From Fidelibacterota bacterium (GTDB lineage Bacteria; Fidelibacterota; Marinisomatia; Marinisomatales; TCS55), in NCBI GenBank assembly GCA_046861385.1, contig JBHHTW010000001.1, positions 95,910 through 159,909 of the forward strand: a stretch of 64,000 nucleotides of DNA, in the 5' to 3' direction. The notes below the pieces were generated by a model that was not told the DNA's origin, did not search any database, and saw only the letters and a list, made by a program, of their open reading frames with translations. Both the position numbers and the translations under genes were made by a program. Each line of letters opens with the position of its first letter. Positions within the stretch are counted from its first letter, which is position 1. This document shows positions 53,725-61,555 of the stretch, piece by piece.

Positions 53725-53843
53725 CTTTTGCAATGTGATAGAAAAACATAGAAGGAAAGGTATGTCTGCAGCACAAAAAACTGTCTCATATTATATATCT
53801 TCGGTCATGTAATTTCCCAGTCAACAAAGTAAGAGGTAACCAT

Positions 53844-55244
53844 ATCCATTCTTTAGATATCATTATTATTGCTGGCTTTCTGATGCTTACAACCGGTTGG
53901 GGCATGTGGCAGGGCAGACAGAATAAAACAACAGAAGACTATTTTTTGGCCGGTCGATCCCAGCATTGGATTATGGTTATGTTTTCTATTGTGGCTACGG
54001 AAACATCTGTCCTCACATTTGTAAGTATCCCAGGATTAGCCTATCGCAGTGATTGGTTTTTCCTTCAATTGGCTCTGGGATTTATAATAGGCAGAATACT
54101 GGTCAGTTTCTTCCTTCTTCCTTCTTACTTTGGCACGGGAGTGGTTTCCATATATGAAGTGCTAGGCGAACGATTCGGAAGCGGTATTCAAAAGTTATCT
54201 TCTGGTGTTTTTCTGGTTACTCGCATTTTAGCTGACGGTATTCGTTTTTTAGCCACTGCTGTCATTGTCCAGGTTCTTACGGGATGGTCATTACCTTTTG
54301 CTGTTTTGATTATTGGGATTGTGACACTGATTTACACAGTTTCAGGCGGTATCCGAACAGTGGTCTGGGTGGATAGTTTTCAATTTATATTATATTTAGC
54401 GGGAGCATTAATAGTCATCCTGCATATTTTTTCTCAACCGGATGCCATACCCACTGGTTTTATTGCAGATTTAATGCACGAGGGTAAAATCAACATTTTT
54501 CGTTTCGGCAGTGATATTTTCACCGATCCTTGGATTTTTTGGCCGGCATTTATCGGGGGAATATTTTTATCATTTGCATCCCATGGCGCAGATTATATGA
54601 TGGTCCAGCGCACATTGACTTGTTCCAATCTTAAATCAGCAAAAAAAGCCATGATCGGAAGCGGCTTTTTTGTGTTTCTACAATTCTCATTATTTCTGTT
54701 TGCCGGTTCATTGATCTATATTTATCTGGGTGGCGCTCCGTTGGAGAAAGATCGTGAATTTGCTCATTATATCATTCATGAACTTCCCGTTGGACTACGT
54801 GGATTACTGCTGGCAGGAGTTTTATCTGCGGCTATGTCTACATTGAGTTCCTCGATTAATTCGCTGGCATCGTCAACATTACGGGATTGGATAAAGAAGG
54901 ATGCTGATCTCAAGACAGCACGAATAATCAGTATATTCTGGGCAGCCGTCCTCATTGTGATCGCAATGGTTTTTGATGAAAGTGATAAGGCAATTGTAGA
55001 AGTGGGGCTGCAGATTGCTTCCTATACATATGGTGGTTTGCTGTCTCTTTTCCTTATCTCAAAACTTCCCGGACACTTCAGTTCCGGAAGTCTCATTATC
55101 GGATTGATTGCCAGCTTATTCACTGTTTTCGTCGCCCAGCAAAATGGTATTGCATGGACGTGGTTTATTCTCTTGGCGATAGTTGTAAATATTATGGTGG
55201 TTTATCTTTCTCAATTATTACTTTTTCGGCAGCATGTTTCTTAA
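53844..55244 (+). CDS. Sodium:solute symporter (SSS family); probable start at non-canonical ATC 53844
   Basis: EDYFLAGRS, SIVATETSVLTF.SIPG, GG...VVWVD, VQR.L, AAMSTLSSSINS; in-frame upstream extension xHSLDIIII. Confidence 0.93.
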   Translation: MHSLDIIIIAGFLMLTTGWGMWQGRQNKTTEDYFLAGRSQHWIMVMFSIVATETSVLTFVSIPGLAYRSDWFFLQLALGFIIGRILVSFFLLPSYFGTGVVSIYEVLGERFGSGIQKLSSGVFLVTRILADGIRFLATAVIVQVLTGWSLPFAVLIIGIVTLIYTVSGGIRTVVWVDSFQFILYLAGALIVILHIFSQPDAIPTGFIADLMHEGKINIFRFGSDIFTDPWIFWPAFIGGIFLSFASHGADYMMVQRTLTCSNLKSAKKAMIGSGFFVFLQFSLFLFAGSLIYIYLGGAPLEKDREFAHYIIHELPVGLRGLLLAGVLSAAMSTLSSSINSLASSTLRDWIKKDADLKTARIISIFWAAVLIVIAMVFDESDKAIVEVGLQIASYTYGGLLSLFLISKLPGHFSSGSLIIGLIASLFTVFVAQQNGIAWTWFILLAIVVNIMVVYLSQLLLFRQHVS

Positions 55245-55274
55245 GTTTAAATTGAAAAATGAATATTTGGGATT

Positions 55275-55344
55275 CCCATTACCCTCCTATTTACAGGGAG
55301 ATTTAAAGGATTTCTATGATCGATGAATTCTTATATTTTTCCAC
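55275..55344 (+). repeat. About 69-bp direct repeat, copy 1, containing palindrome CCT(ATTAC)AGG
   Basis: Nearly identical to 55869-55937 (..acaggg.gat.taaaggatttctatgat.gatgaattcttatatttttccac). Confidence 0.9.
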
Positions 55345-55403
55345 TTCTCGGCATGTTTGTATCATAGGTTTAGTATTAATTATAGTCGAGAAATTATTTA
55401 AAA

Positions 55404-55438
55404 TCTCCCCTGTAATAGGGGAGAAAAAAAGTGGGGTT
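55404..55438 (-). repeat. Inverted copy of the same palindrome
   Basis: TCTCCCCTGTAATAGGGGAGA contains the reverse complement of CCCCTATTACAGGGG. Confidence 0.85.
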
Positions 55439-55467
55439 TATATAATCTGATATCACTATATATTGTT

Positions 55468-55842
55468 ATGAAAAATGTAAAGCCAGTTAACAAATCCAAG
55501 TTAATAAGTATAAGAAGATTACACCGAAATCGTCCAACTCCTTGGGAATGGAAATTATGGCAATATTTAAAAGAAAGACAAATTGAAGGATTTAAATTCC
55601 GAAGACAAGTTAGTATTGAAAATTATGTTGTTGATTTTTGCTGTTTAGATTTGAAACTGATAATCGAGGCAGATGGGAGTGGACATTTGAATCCTAAACA
55701 ACAACAAAAGGATAAACAAAGAACTGAAGATTTAGAAAAATGGGGTTATTCAATTATTCGAATTTTTAATAACGAGATTGATGAAAATCTCAATGAAGTT
55801 TTAGAAATAATATCTCAAAAATGCAAGGAGTTAGATACTTAA
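55468..55842 (+). CDS. DUF559 / Vsr-like endonuclease
   Basis: T..E..LW..L, GFKFRRQ, YVVDFCC, IIEADGSGH, D.QRT..L...GY.IIR..N. Confidence 0.92.
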   Translation: MKNVKPVNKSKLISIRRLHRNRPTPWEWKLWQYLKERQIEGFKFRRQVSIENYVVDFCCLDLKLIIEADGSGHLNPKQQQKDKQRTEDLEKWGYSIIRIFNNEIDENLNEVLEIISQKCKELDT

Positions 55843-55868
55843 CGCATGAATTTTCAATATTTAACACC

Positions 55869-55937
55869 CCCATTGTCCCCCTATTACAGGGGGAATTAAA
55901 GGATTTCTATGATTGATGAATTCTTATATTTTTCCAC
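55869..55937 (+). repeat. About 69-bp direct repeat, copy 2
   Basis: See copy 1 at 55275-55344. Confidence 0.9.
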
Positions 55938-55998
55938 CGCCTGTCCGCCGGAAGTGCTGGTCTGCCGGAGGCGTAGCGGAGGCAGGAAATGCAGGCGG
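55937..55998. repeat. GC-rich nested palindromic insert
   Basis: Terminal IR CCGCCTG...CAGGCGG enclosing further CCTG/CAGG motifs in an AT-rich background. Confidence 0.7.
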
Positions 55999-56051
55999 GT
56001 CATAGGGGAAAATACAAAAGGGGTTTTATGATGGAGAGATTGTTAACTCTC

Positions 56052-57368
56052 ATGCAATTATCCCTTGTTAAAGTAATAAAATTAAATCACCAGTTAATAA
56101 TTTTTGCATTTTTGTTTGTAAGTCTTCGAGGAACCGATTTTCAACACAGCAAAGTTGTAGAAATTCCCGACTTATCCTTTATGCCTCATGTTTATACAGG
56201 CTTGGACGTGTTGGAACAAATGGATTTTAGTCCCATTTCCGGTAAAACCATTGGGGTGTTTTGTAATCAAACTTCTTTGGACAGAAAAGGCAGGCATATT
56301 CTCGATGTGCTGAAAGAACGTGATGATGTGGACATCTACGTCATTTTTACACCTCAATACGGATTATTCGGCGATCAGGTGAGCAAAACAAAAATGCTGG
56401 GAAGAGTTGAAAAAGACCCAAATACAGGCGCTCGAATTGTAAATTTGCTTGATCGATTTGTGAAACCTCCTGAATGGTCTATACGAGATGTAGATATTGT
56501 TCTTGCTGATATTCAGGATACCGGTGTTCGTTACTCAACTTATATGACCACACTGACAAAGATTATGGAAGTCGCTAGTGAGTTGCATAAACCGGTCATT
56601 GTTTTGGATAGACCGAATCCTTTGCGGGGAGATCGTGTGGACGGCCCTGTAGTTCGACCCGCTTTTCAATCCTTTGAAGGATATCATTTGGTGCCAATAC
56701 GTCACGGATTAACCATTGGAGAATATGCGTTGATGGTGAATGAAATGGGATGGGTGAAAGATTTATCAAGAGTAGAGTTAACCATTATTCCTATGGCGAA
56801 TTGGCAGCGTTCACACTGGGCTGATGAAAATAATTTGCCCGAAACACCATTAGGACCGGGAATCACTGATGTAGAATCATGCCTGGCATATTGTGGAATG
56901 GAGTTATTAAAAGGAACGAATTTGAATGGAGGGCAGGGGACAACAAAACCGTACTTTCGAGTGGGTGCACCCTGGATATCCGGAAAAGTGTTTTACAATA
57001 AATTAAAAGGATTACATTTGCCCGGTATTCGTTTAAGTCATATTCAATATTCACCTCATTTACAAAACCCAGACGGTTCAGTTCCTTTATATTATCAAGA
57101 AAAATGCAGCGGTGTTGAAATTGAAATCATGGATCGGGAAACTTTCGATCCTTTAGCCACATCCACATCCATAATGATATTAGCTTATCAATTATATCCC
57201 CACCAGTTCCAATGGATTCATGATAACTATATCGATAAGCTGTACGGATATAATTTATTGCCAACCTTTGCTGCCCAGGGAAAAATGCCGGATTATTTAC
57301 CTCCGCAATGGATGCACGATGTGATTCGGTTTAACGAATTCCGCCAAAAATTTCTCCTCTACAAATGA
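56052..57368 (+). CDS. DUF1343 family exo-beta-N-acetylmuramidase (NamZ-like); start uncertain
   Basis: GLDVL, NQTS, DIQDTGVRYSTY, VLDRPNPL, P.RHGLTIGE, GAPWI. Confidence 0.9.
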   Translation: MQLSLVKVIKLNHQLIIFAFLFVSLRGTDFQHSKVVEIPDLSFMPHVYTGLDVLEQMDFSPISGKTIGVFCNQTSLDRKGRHILDVLKERDDVDIYVIFTPQYGLFGDQVSKTKMLGRVEKDPNTGARIVNLLDRFVKPPEWSIRDVDIVLADIQDTGVRYSTYMTTLTKIMEVASELHKPVIVLDRPNPLRGDRVDGPVVRPAFQSFEGYHLVPIRHGLTIGEYALMVNEMGWVKDLSRVELTIIPMANWQRSHWADENNLPETPLGPGITDVESCLAYCGMELLKGTNLNGGQGTTKPYFRVGAPWISGKVFYNKLKGLHLPGIRLSHIQYSPHLQNPDGSVPLYYQEKCSGVEIEIMDRETFDPLATSTSIMILAYQLYPHQFQWIHDNYIDKLYGYNLLPTFAAQGKMPDYLPPQWMHDVIRFNEFRQKFLLYK

Positions 57369-57381
57369 ATCGTAAGTAAAT

Positions 57382-59055
57382 ATGGATAATACACAGCCAC
57401 AGGGTAGCTCTAACCGCTCACCATTATCCTTTTCCCATCTTCCTTTCCTGACCGGCAGGCAGGCATTTCCCATCTTACATTTCCCATTTCCCATTTCCCG
57501 TTTCCCATTTTCCATCTTCCATTATTGTTTTTACTTTTTCCTTATTTCTTCTTTATTATTTTCTCAAACCCATTTTACTGTACCGGAGAATGTCTGGCGC
57601 ATCAGTGCAAAGCCATTAATAATCACTGGAAAGTATATTGGTCCCGGCGGCATTAAGGGTATTAAAAATATCCCATTTAACTTGGCCAATTATGGAAAAC
57701 GTTATTTTGATCATGCCTACGTTATGGAGGGTTATTATGCCAGCAATGATGATTTATATAATTTAGATACGTTGGGATACAACGCCAATTATACTGTCGG
57801 TGAGTATATACGTTTTTATAACTTGGTTTATAATGATTCAATCCCCGACTTAAGTACTGATTTTTTTGGTCCGGATTCCATCGTCGTCGGAGGACATTTA
57901 AATCAGGAAATGAGCAGAACATCCTGGGGCTCAGAATTTAAAATTGAATATGGTCTCTCAAATAGAGTGACCTTTGCTATGACGATTCCCTATTTTACCT
58001 ATGTTTATGAGAAAAAAACAAACTCATGGAAATCAAATAATATCCAGGGTCTTGATGAGTTTGTTATTTACCACCAAAATACAATGGCAGCAATGGACTC
58101 AGCTCTGGCAAATCATTATGATATTAATTTGAAAATTATTCGTGATCGTTTTTACAGCTGGGACGGCAGTAATTCTGTCCTCTGGAGCTTAGGGGGAGAG
58201 CCAATTGAAAATGGTATTAAGGGGATGCAATATAATCCTTTTGCTCAAAACGATACATCCTCCACAACAATTAATGAAATTCTGGACTATTATTCGCCCG
58301 GCCAACGGACGACATCCGGATTGGGTGATGTGGAATTGGGAATGAATATATTATTATTCGGAAATCCGGCATGGAGCGAGAGCGGTATGTACTCCATCTA
58401 TACAGGATTGTCCATTTTACTTCCATCGGCCGATAGACTGCATCGCTACAAGATGAGCAGTGGGATTCCTGCAAGTCAATCCCATTTCACAACATTGCCT
58501 CTTGGAGATGGTGTGACGCGTTTCAACATTTCATTATTCGGTGAGTTATACAGGACGATCCTTAATCGACATGTAAATATTAACTGGAAAGTTCAAGCTG
58601 GAATTCACAGCCAAACGAGACTGAATACTCCCATATTTTTTGGAAAATTAGATACATTCAATCCGGATTCGATTGCAACAATATTGGGAGCGGACTATAC
58701 TTTTAAAAAAGGAAATGAAATATCCGCAAACATTGTAGGACGATTTGAATTGGTTCCAGATTGGATTTCTGTTTCCGGAGGCGCGTCTTTATATCTAAAA
58801 GGCAGAGATGAATTTATATCCCACAATAGCGATTGGGATTCCTGGATGCGTTATCGTAAAAATGATTATGATACGAGACAGACAGCTATTCGACAATTTG
58901 CAGAAGTCACCTTGAATAATATGAATCCTCTAAAACGTATCGGTCCTATTCCATTTGAAATCCGTGGAGGTGCATCTATTCCCATATTATCCCGAAATAC
59001 ATTTAGTAATTATTCTGCATGGATTCAATTGGTCGTTTACGCACAGGCGTGGTAG
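57382..59055 (+). CDS. Putative outer-membrane beta-barrel protein; 5' end overlaps a repeat array
   Basis: Signal-like FYFFLISSLLFSQ, IEYGLSNRVT, SGLGDVELG, C-terminal aromatic residue (W). Confidence 0.7.
   Translation: MDNTQPQGSSNRSPLSFSHLPFLTGRQAFPILHFPFPISRFPFSIFHYCFYFFLISSLLFSQTHFTVPENVWRISAKPLIITGKYIGPGGIKGIKNIPFNLANYGKRYFDHAYVMEGYYASNDDLYNLDTLGYNANYTVGEYIRFYNLVYNDSIPDLSTDFFGPDSIVVGGHLNQEMSRTSWGSEFKIEYGLSNRVTFAMTIPYFTYVYEKKTNSWKSNNIQGLDEFVIYHQNTMAAMDSALANHYDINLKIIRDRFYSWDGSNSVLWSLGGEPIENGIKGMQYNPFAQNDTSSTTINEILDYYSPGQRTTSGLGDVELGMNILLFGNPAWSESGMYSIYTGLSILLPSADRLHRYKMSSGIPASQSHFTTLPLGDGVTRFNISLFGELYRTILNRHVNINWKVQAGIHSQTRLNTPIFFGKLDTFNPDSIATILGADYTFKKGNEISANIVGRFELVPDWISVSGGASLYLKGRDEFISHNSDWDSWMRYRKNDYDTRQTAIRQFAEVTLNNMNPLKRIGPIPFEIRGGASIPILSRNTFSNYSAWIQLVVYAQAW
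57431..57522. repeat. Tandem heptamer array (TTTCCCA)n with embedded CCTGACCGGCAGGCAGG palindrome
   Basis: tttccca tcttcct..[cctgaccggcaggcagg]..tttccca tcttaca tttccca tttccca tttcccg tttccca ttttcca tcttcca. Confidence 0.85.
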
Positions 59056-59117
59056 AATGTTAGAATGAAAGATAATTTCTTAACTTCTTGTAGATAAATA
59101 TAGAGAAAAGTGTATAT

Positions 59118-59697
59118 AACCCAGTCGTTTACGGCTGGGTGTAAAACAAAAAATATAACGGGAAGGACGTTTACGTCCTTTTTAAAAAGTAATATTTAAT
59201 AGGAAGTCAATATGCAAACATATTTTAAAATCTGGCTGCATTATATATGGACAACCAAAAATCGAGATAGAATTATTTCAAAATCTTTTAAACAAAAACT
59301 AATTTATCATTTCAAAGAATATGGCAAAGAAAATGATATCTATGTTGATATTGCAAATGGTGATATGGACCATATGCATTTACTAATTGGACTTAAACCG
59401 ACTCAAACTCCTGCTGAAATTGCTAATTTATTAAAGGGAGAGTCTTCTAATTGGATAAATTCGAATAATTATATTCGTGCTAAATTTGCTTGGCAACGAG
59501 GGTATGCTGTTTTTTCAGTTTCTGAATCCAAAATTAGTGGAATTAGAAAATATATACTTAATCAGGATGAACACCATAGGACAAAAAGTTTCAAAGAAGA
59601 GTTGGATAAGTTTATAAAACTTCATAAGATGGTATAACGTCGTGAACGGCGTATTTATTTAATATATCTTTTAACCCAGACCTGAAGGTCTAGGTTA
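59118..59697 (+). mobile_element. IS200/RAYT-like element: Y1 transposase gene between mirrored hairpin pairs
   Basis: Left ACCCAGTCG-TTTA-CGGCTGGGT and AAGGACG-TTTA-CGTCCTT; right ACGTCG-TGAA-CGGCGT and AACCCAGACC-TGAA-GGTCTAGGTT. Confidence 0.8.
59212..59637 (+). CDS. tnpA: IS200/IS605-family Y1 (HUH) transposase
   Basis: H.IWTTKNR, DHMHLL (HUH), LKGESS.W, FAWQ.GY..FSVS, YI.NQ.EHH. Confidence 0.93.
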   Translation: MQTYFKIWLHYIWTTKNRDRIISKSFKQKLIYHFKEYGKENDIYVDIANGDMDHMHLLIGLKPTQTPAEIANLLKGESSNWINSNNYIRAKFAWQRGYAVFSVSESKISGIRKYILNQDEHHRTKSFKEELDKFIKLHKMV

Positions 59698-59704
59698 TGG
59701 AATA

Positions 59705-60994
59705 ATGATAAATATGATGAATACACAAAATAAAAAGATTTGGGCTTGGTCCATGTATGATTGGGCAAACTCTGCATTCTCCACTACTGTTATGGCCGGG
59801 TTTTTTCCTATATTTTTTGAGAAGTATTGGTCAAATCCGGATGATGTTATTCAGAGTACATACCAGCTTGGATTCGCAAACTCGGTTGCATCCATATTTA
59901 TTGCTGCTTTGGCACCGTTTCTCGGTGCTATCGCTGATAAAGGATCTGCAAAAAAGAAGTTTCTCATTTTCTTTTGCTATTTAGGTGTAGTAATGACGGC
60001 CGGATTGTTTATTGTCGGTCAGGGGGAATGGCAATTGGCATTAATGTTGTTTGTTGCATCAACTGTTGGATTTATGGGAGCAAATATTTTCTACGATTCA
60101 TTGCTTCCTTCCGTCGCTCCAAAAGAAAAAGTTAATTACGTTTCATCCCTGGGATTTGCTATGGGATATATTGGCGGCGGATTACTTTTTCTAGTTAATG
60201 TTTTCATGTATTTAAATCCCCATTGGTTCGGTATTCCCGATGCATCAACTGCTATTAAATTATCATTTTTATCCGTGGCAGTTTGGTGGGGTTTATTTGC
60301 CATTCCATTGGTGATTTTTGTTCCAGAGCCGGAAATGGATGATTCAACTACCTTAGGTCGGGCCATTCTGGAAGGCTATCGCCAAATGAAAACAACATTT
60401 AAGCATATTCGTGAATTAAAAGTAATTGGCGTATTTTTAATTGCTTATTGGCTGTATATCGATGGGGTGGATACCATTGTCAGAATGTCCATAAAAATGG
60501 GGTCGTCTTTAGGATTTGAAGCCGGAGATTTGATTACAGCTTTACTCATGGTACAATTCATCGCTTTCCCTGCGGCTTTGGCTTATAATTGGTTTGCAAC
60601 CAAAATAGGAACAAAGAAAGCGGTTATGATTGCCATTGGCGGGTATGCCGTTGCAACATTTTTGGCGTATTTTATGACTTCAAAGGAACATTTCTTTATG
60701 CTGGCAGCGCTCATCGGATTGTTTCAGGGAGGAATTCAGGCATTGAGTCGCAGTCTTTATTCCCGGTTAGTCCCGAAGGGAAAAGAAGGAGAATTTTTTG
60801 GTTTTTATAATATGCTCGGAAAATTTGCCGCAGTAGTTGGACCTATCATGATGGGGTGGGTGACACTGATGACAGGTAATGTCCGTTTAGGAATTTTATC
60901 TATTTTAATCCTATTTATCAGTGGCGCTTTTTTATTAAATAAGGTCGATTTTGAAAAAGGGGAGAAACTGGCTGAGCAGTTTTCCACTGAATAA
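59705..60994 (+). CDS. MFS transporter, UMF1/Atg22-like
   Basis: W.MYDWANSAF, FYDSLLP, SSLGFAMGYIGG, QALSRSLY, EFFGFY..GKF. Confidence 0.92.
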   Translation: MINMMNTQNKKIWAWSMYDWANSAFSTTVMAGFFPIFFEKYWSNPDDVIQSTYQLGFANSVASIFIAALAPFLGAIADKGSAKKKFLIFFCYLGVVMTAGLFIVGQGEWQLALMLFVASTVGFMGANIFYDSLLPSVAPKEKVNYVSSLGFAMGYIGGGLLFLVNVFMYLNPHWFGIPDASTAIKLSFLSVAVWWGLFAIPLVIFVPEPEMDDSTTLGRAILEGYRQMKTTFKHIRELKVIGVFLIAYWLYIDGVDTIVRMSIKMGSSLGFEAGDLITALLMVQFIAFPAALAYNWFATKIGTKKAVMIAIGGYAVATFLAYFMTSKEHFFMLAALIGLFQGGIQALSRSLYSRLVPKGKEGEFFGFYNMLGKFAAVVGPIMMGWVTLMTGNVRLGILSILILFISGAFLLNKVDFEKGEKLAEQFSTE

Positions 60995-61047
60995 AATGAC
61001 TGCAAAAAAAGTATTGATTGCTACAATGATTATCACATAATATTAAA

Positions 61048-61114
61048 CCTGCCCCGCAGGTGTGGCGTGCTCTTCAGGGAAAAAGAATTTTCTCGAGGGT
61101 AAATTTGCGGGGCT
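61048..61114. repeat. Long intergenic hairpin, MITE/REP-like
   Basis: Outer GCCCCGCA...TGCGGGGC and inner CTCTTC.GGGAAAA...TTTTCTC-GAGGG stems. Confidence 0.6.
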
Positions 61115-61159
61115 TACTATTATAATGATGAGAGATAATAGAAAGATATAAAGTATCAC

Positions 61160-61555
61160 ATGAAGTATACTGCAAAATATTCACAGTTAGTTATGCCTGA
61201 CAATATTAACATCATCGGGACCCTTTTTGGTGGTCAAATGATTTCCTGGATGGATATTGCAGCTGCAAAAGTATCCTATCGATTTTTAAAAGGGACAAAG
61301 GCAATTGGTGCCGTAACAAGAGCCATTGACAAAGTCGAATTTAAAGAACCTGTTTTTAGTGGGGAATGGGTAAACTTTGAAAGTACAGTTGTTGATACAG
61401 GAAAAAGTTCGATAATAATCCAAGTTGACGCATATGCTGAAGGCCGGAAAAGTGAAAAACGACTAGCATGTACTGCAGTAATTATAATGGTTTCCGTCGT
61501 GAAAGATGAAAACGGAAAATATCATAAATTTGAACATGGCAAATTATGTGAATAA
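61160..61555 (+). CDS. Acyl-CoA thioesterase (hotdog, YciA-like)
   Basis: VMP...N..GTLFGGQMISWMD.AA, VT..ID.VEFKEPV, TGKSSI. Confidence 0.93.
   Translation: MKYTAKYSQLVMPDNINIIGTLFGGQMISWMDIAAAKVSYRFLKGTKAIGAVTRAIDKVEFKEPVFSGEWVNFESTVVDTGKSSIIIQVDAYAEGRKSEKRLACTAVIIMVSVVKDENGKYHKFEHGKLCE

Noticed and set aside
57297-57515. 72-aa minus-strand ORF MENGKREMGNGK...
   Set aside because: It is only the translation of the heptamer array.
55275-57522. Repeats as a CRISPR array
   Set aside because: No regular repeat-unique spacer structure and no cas genes.
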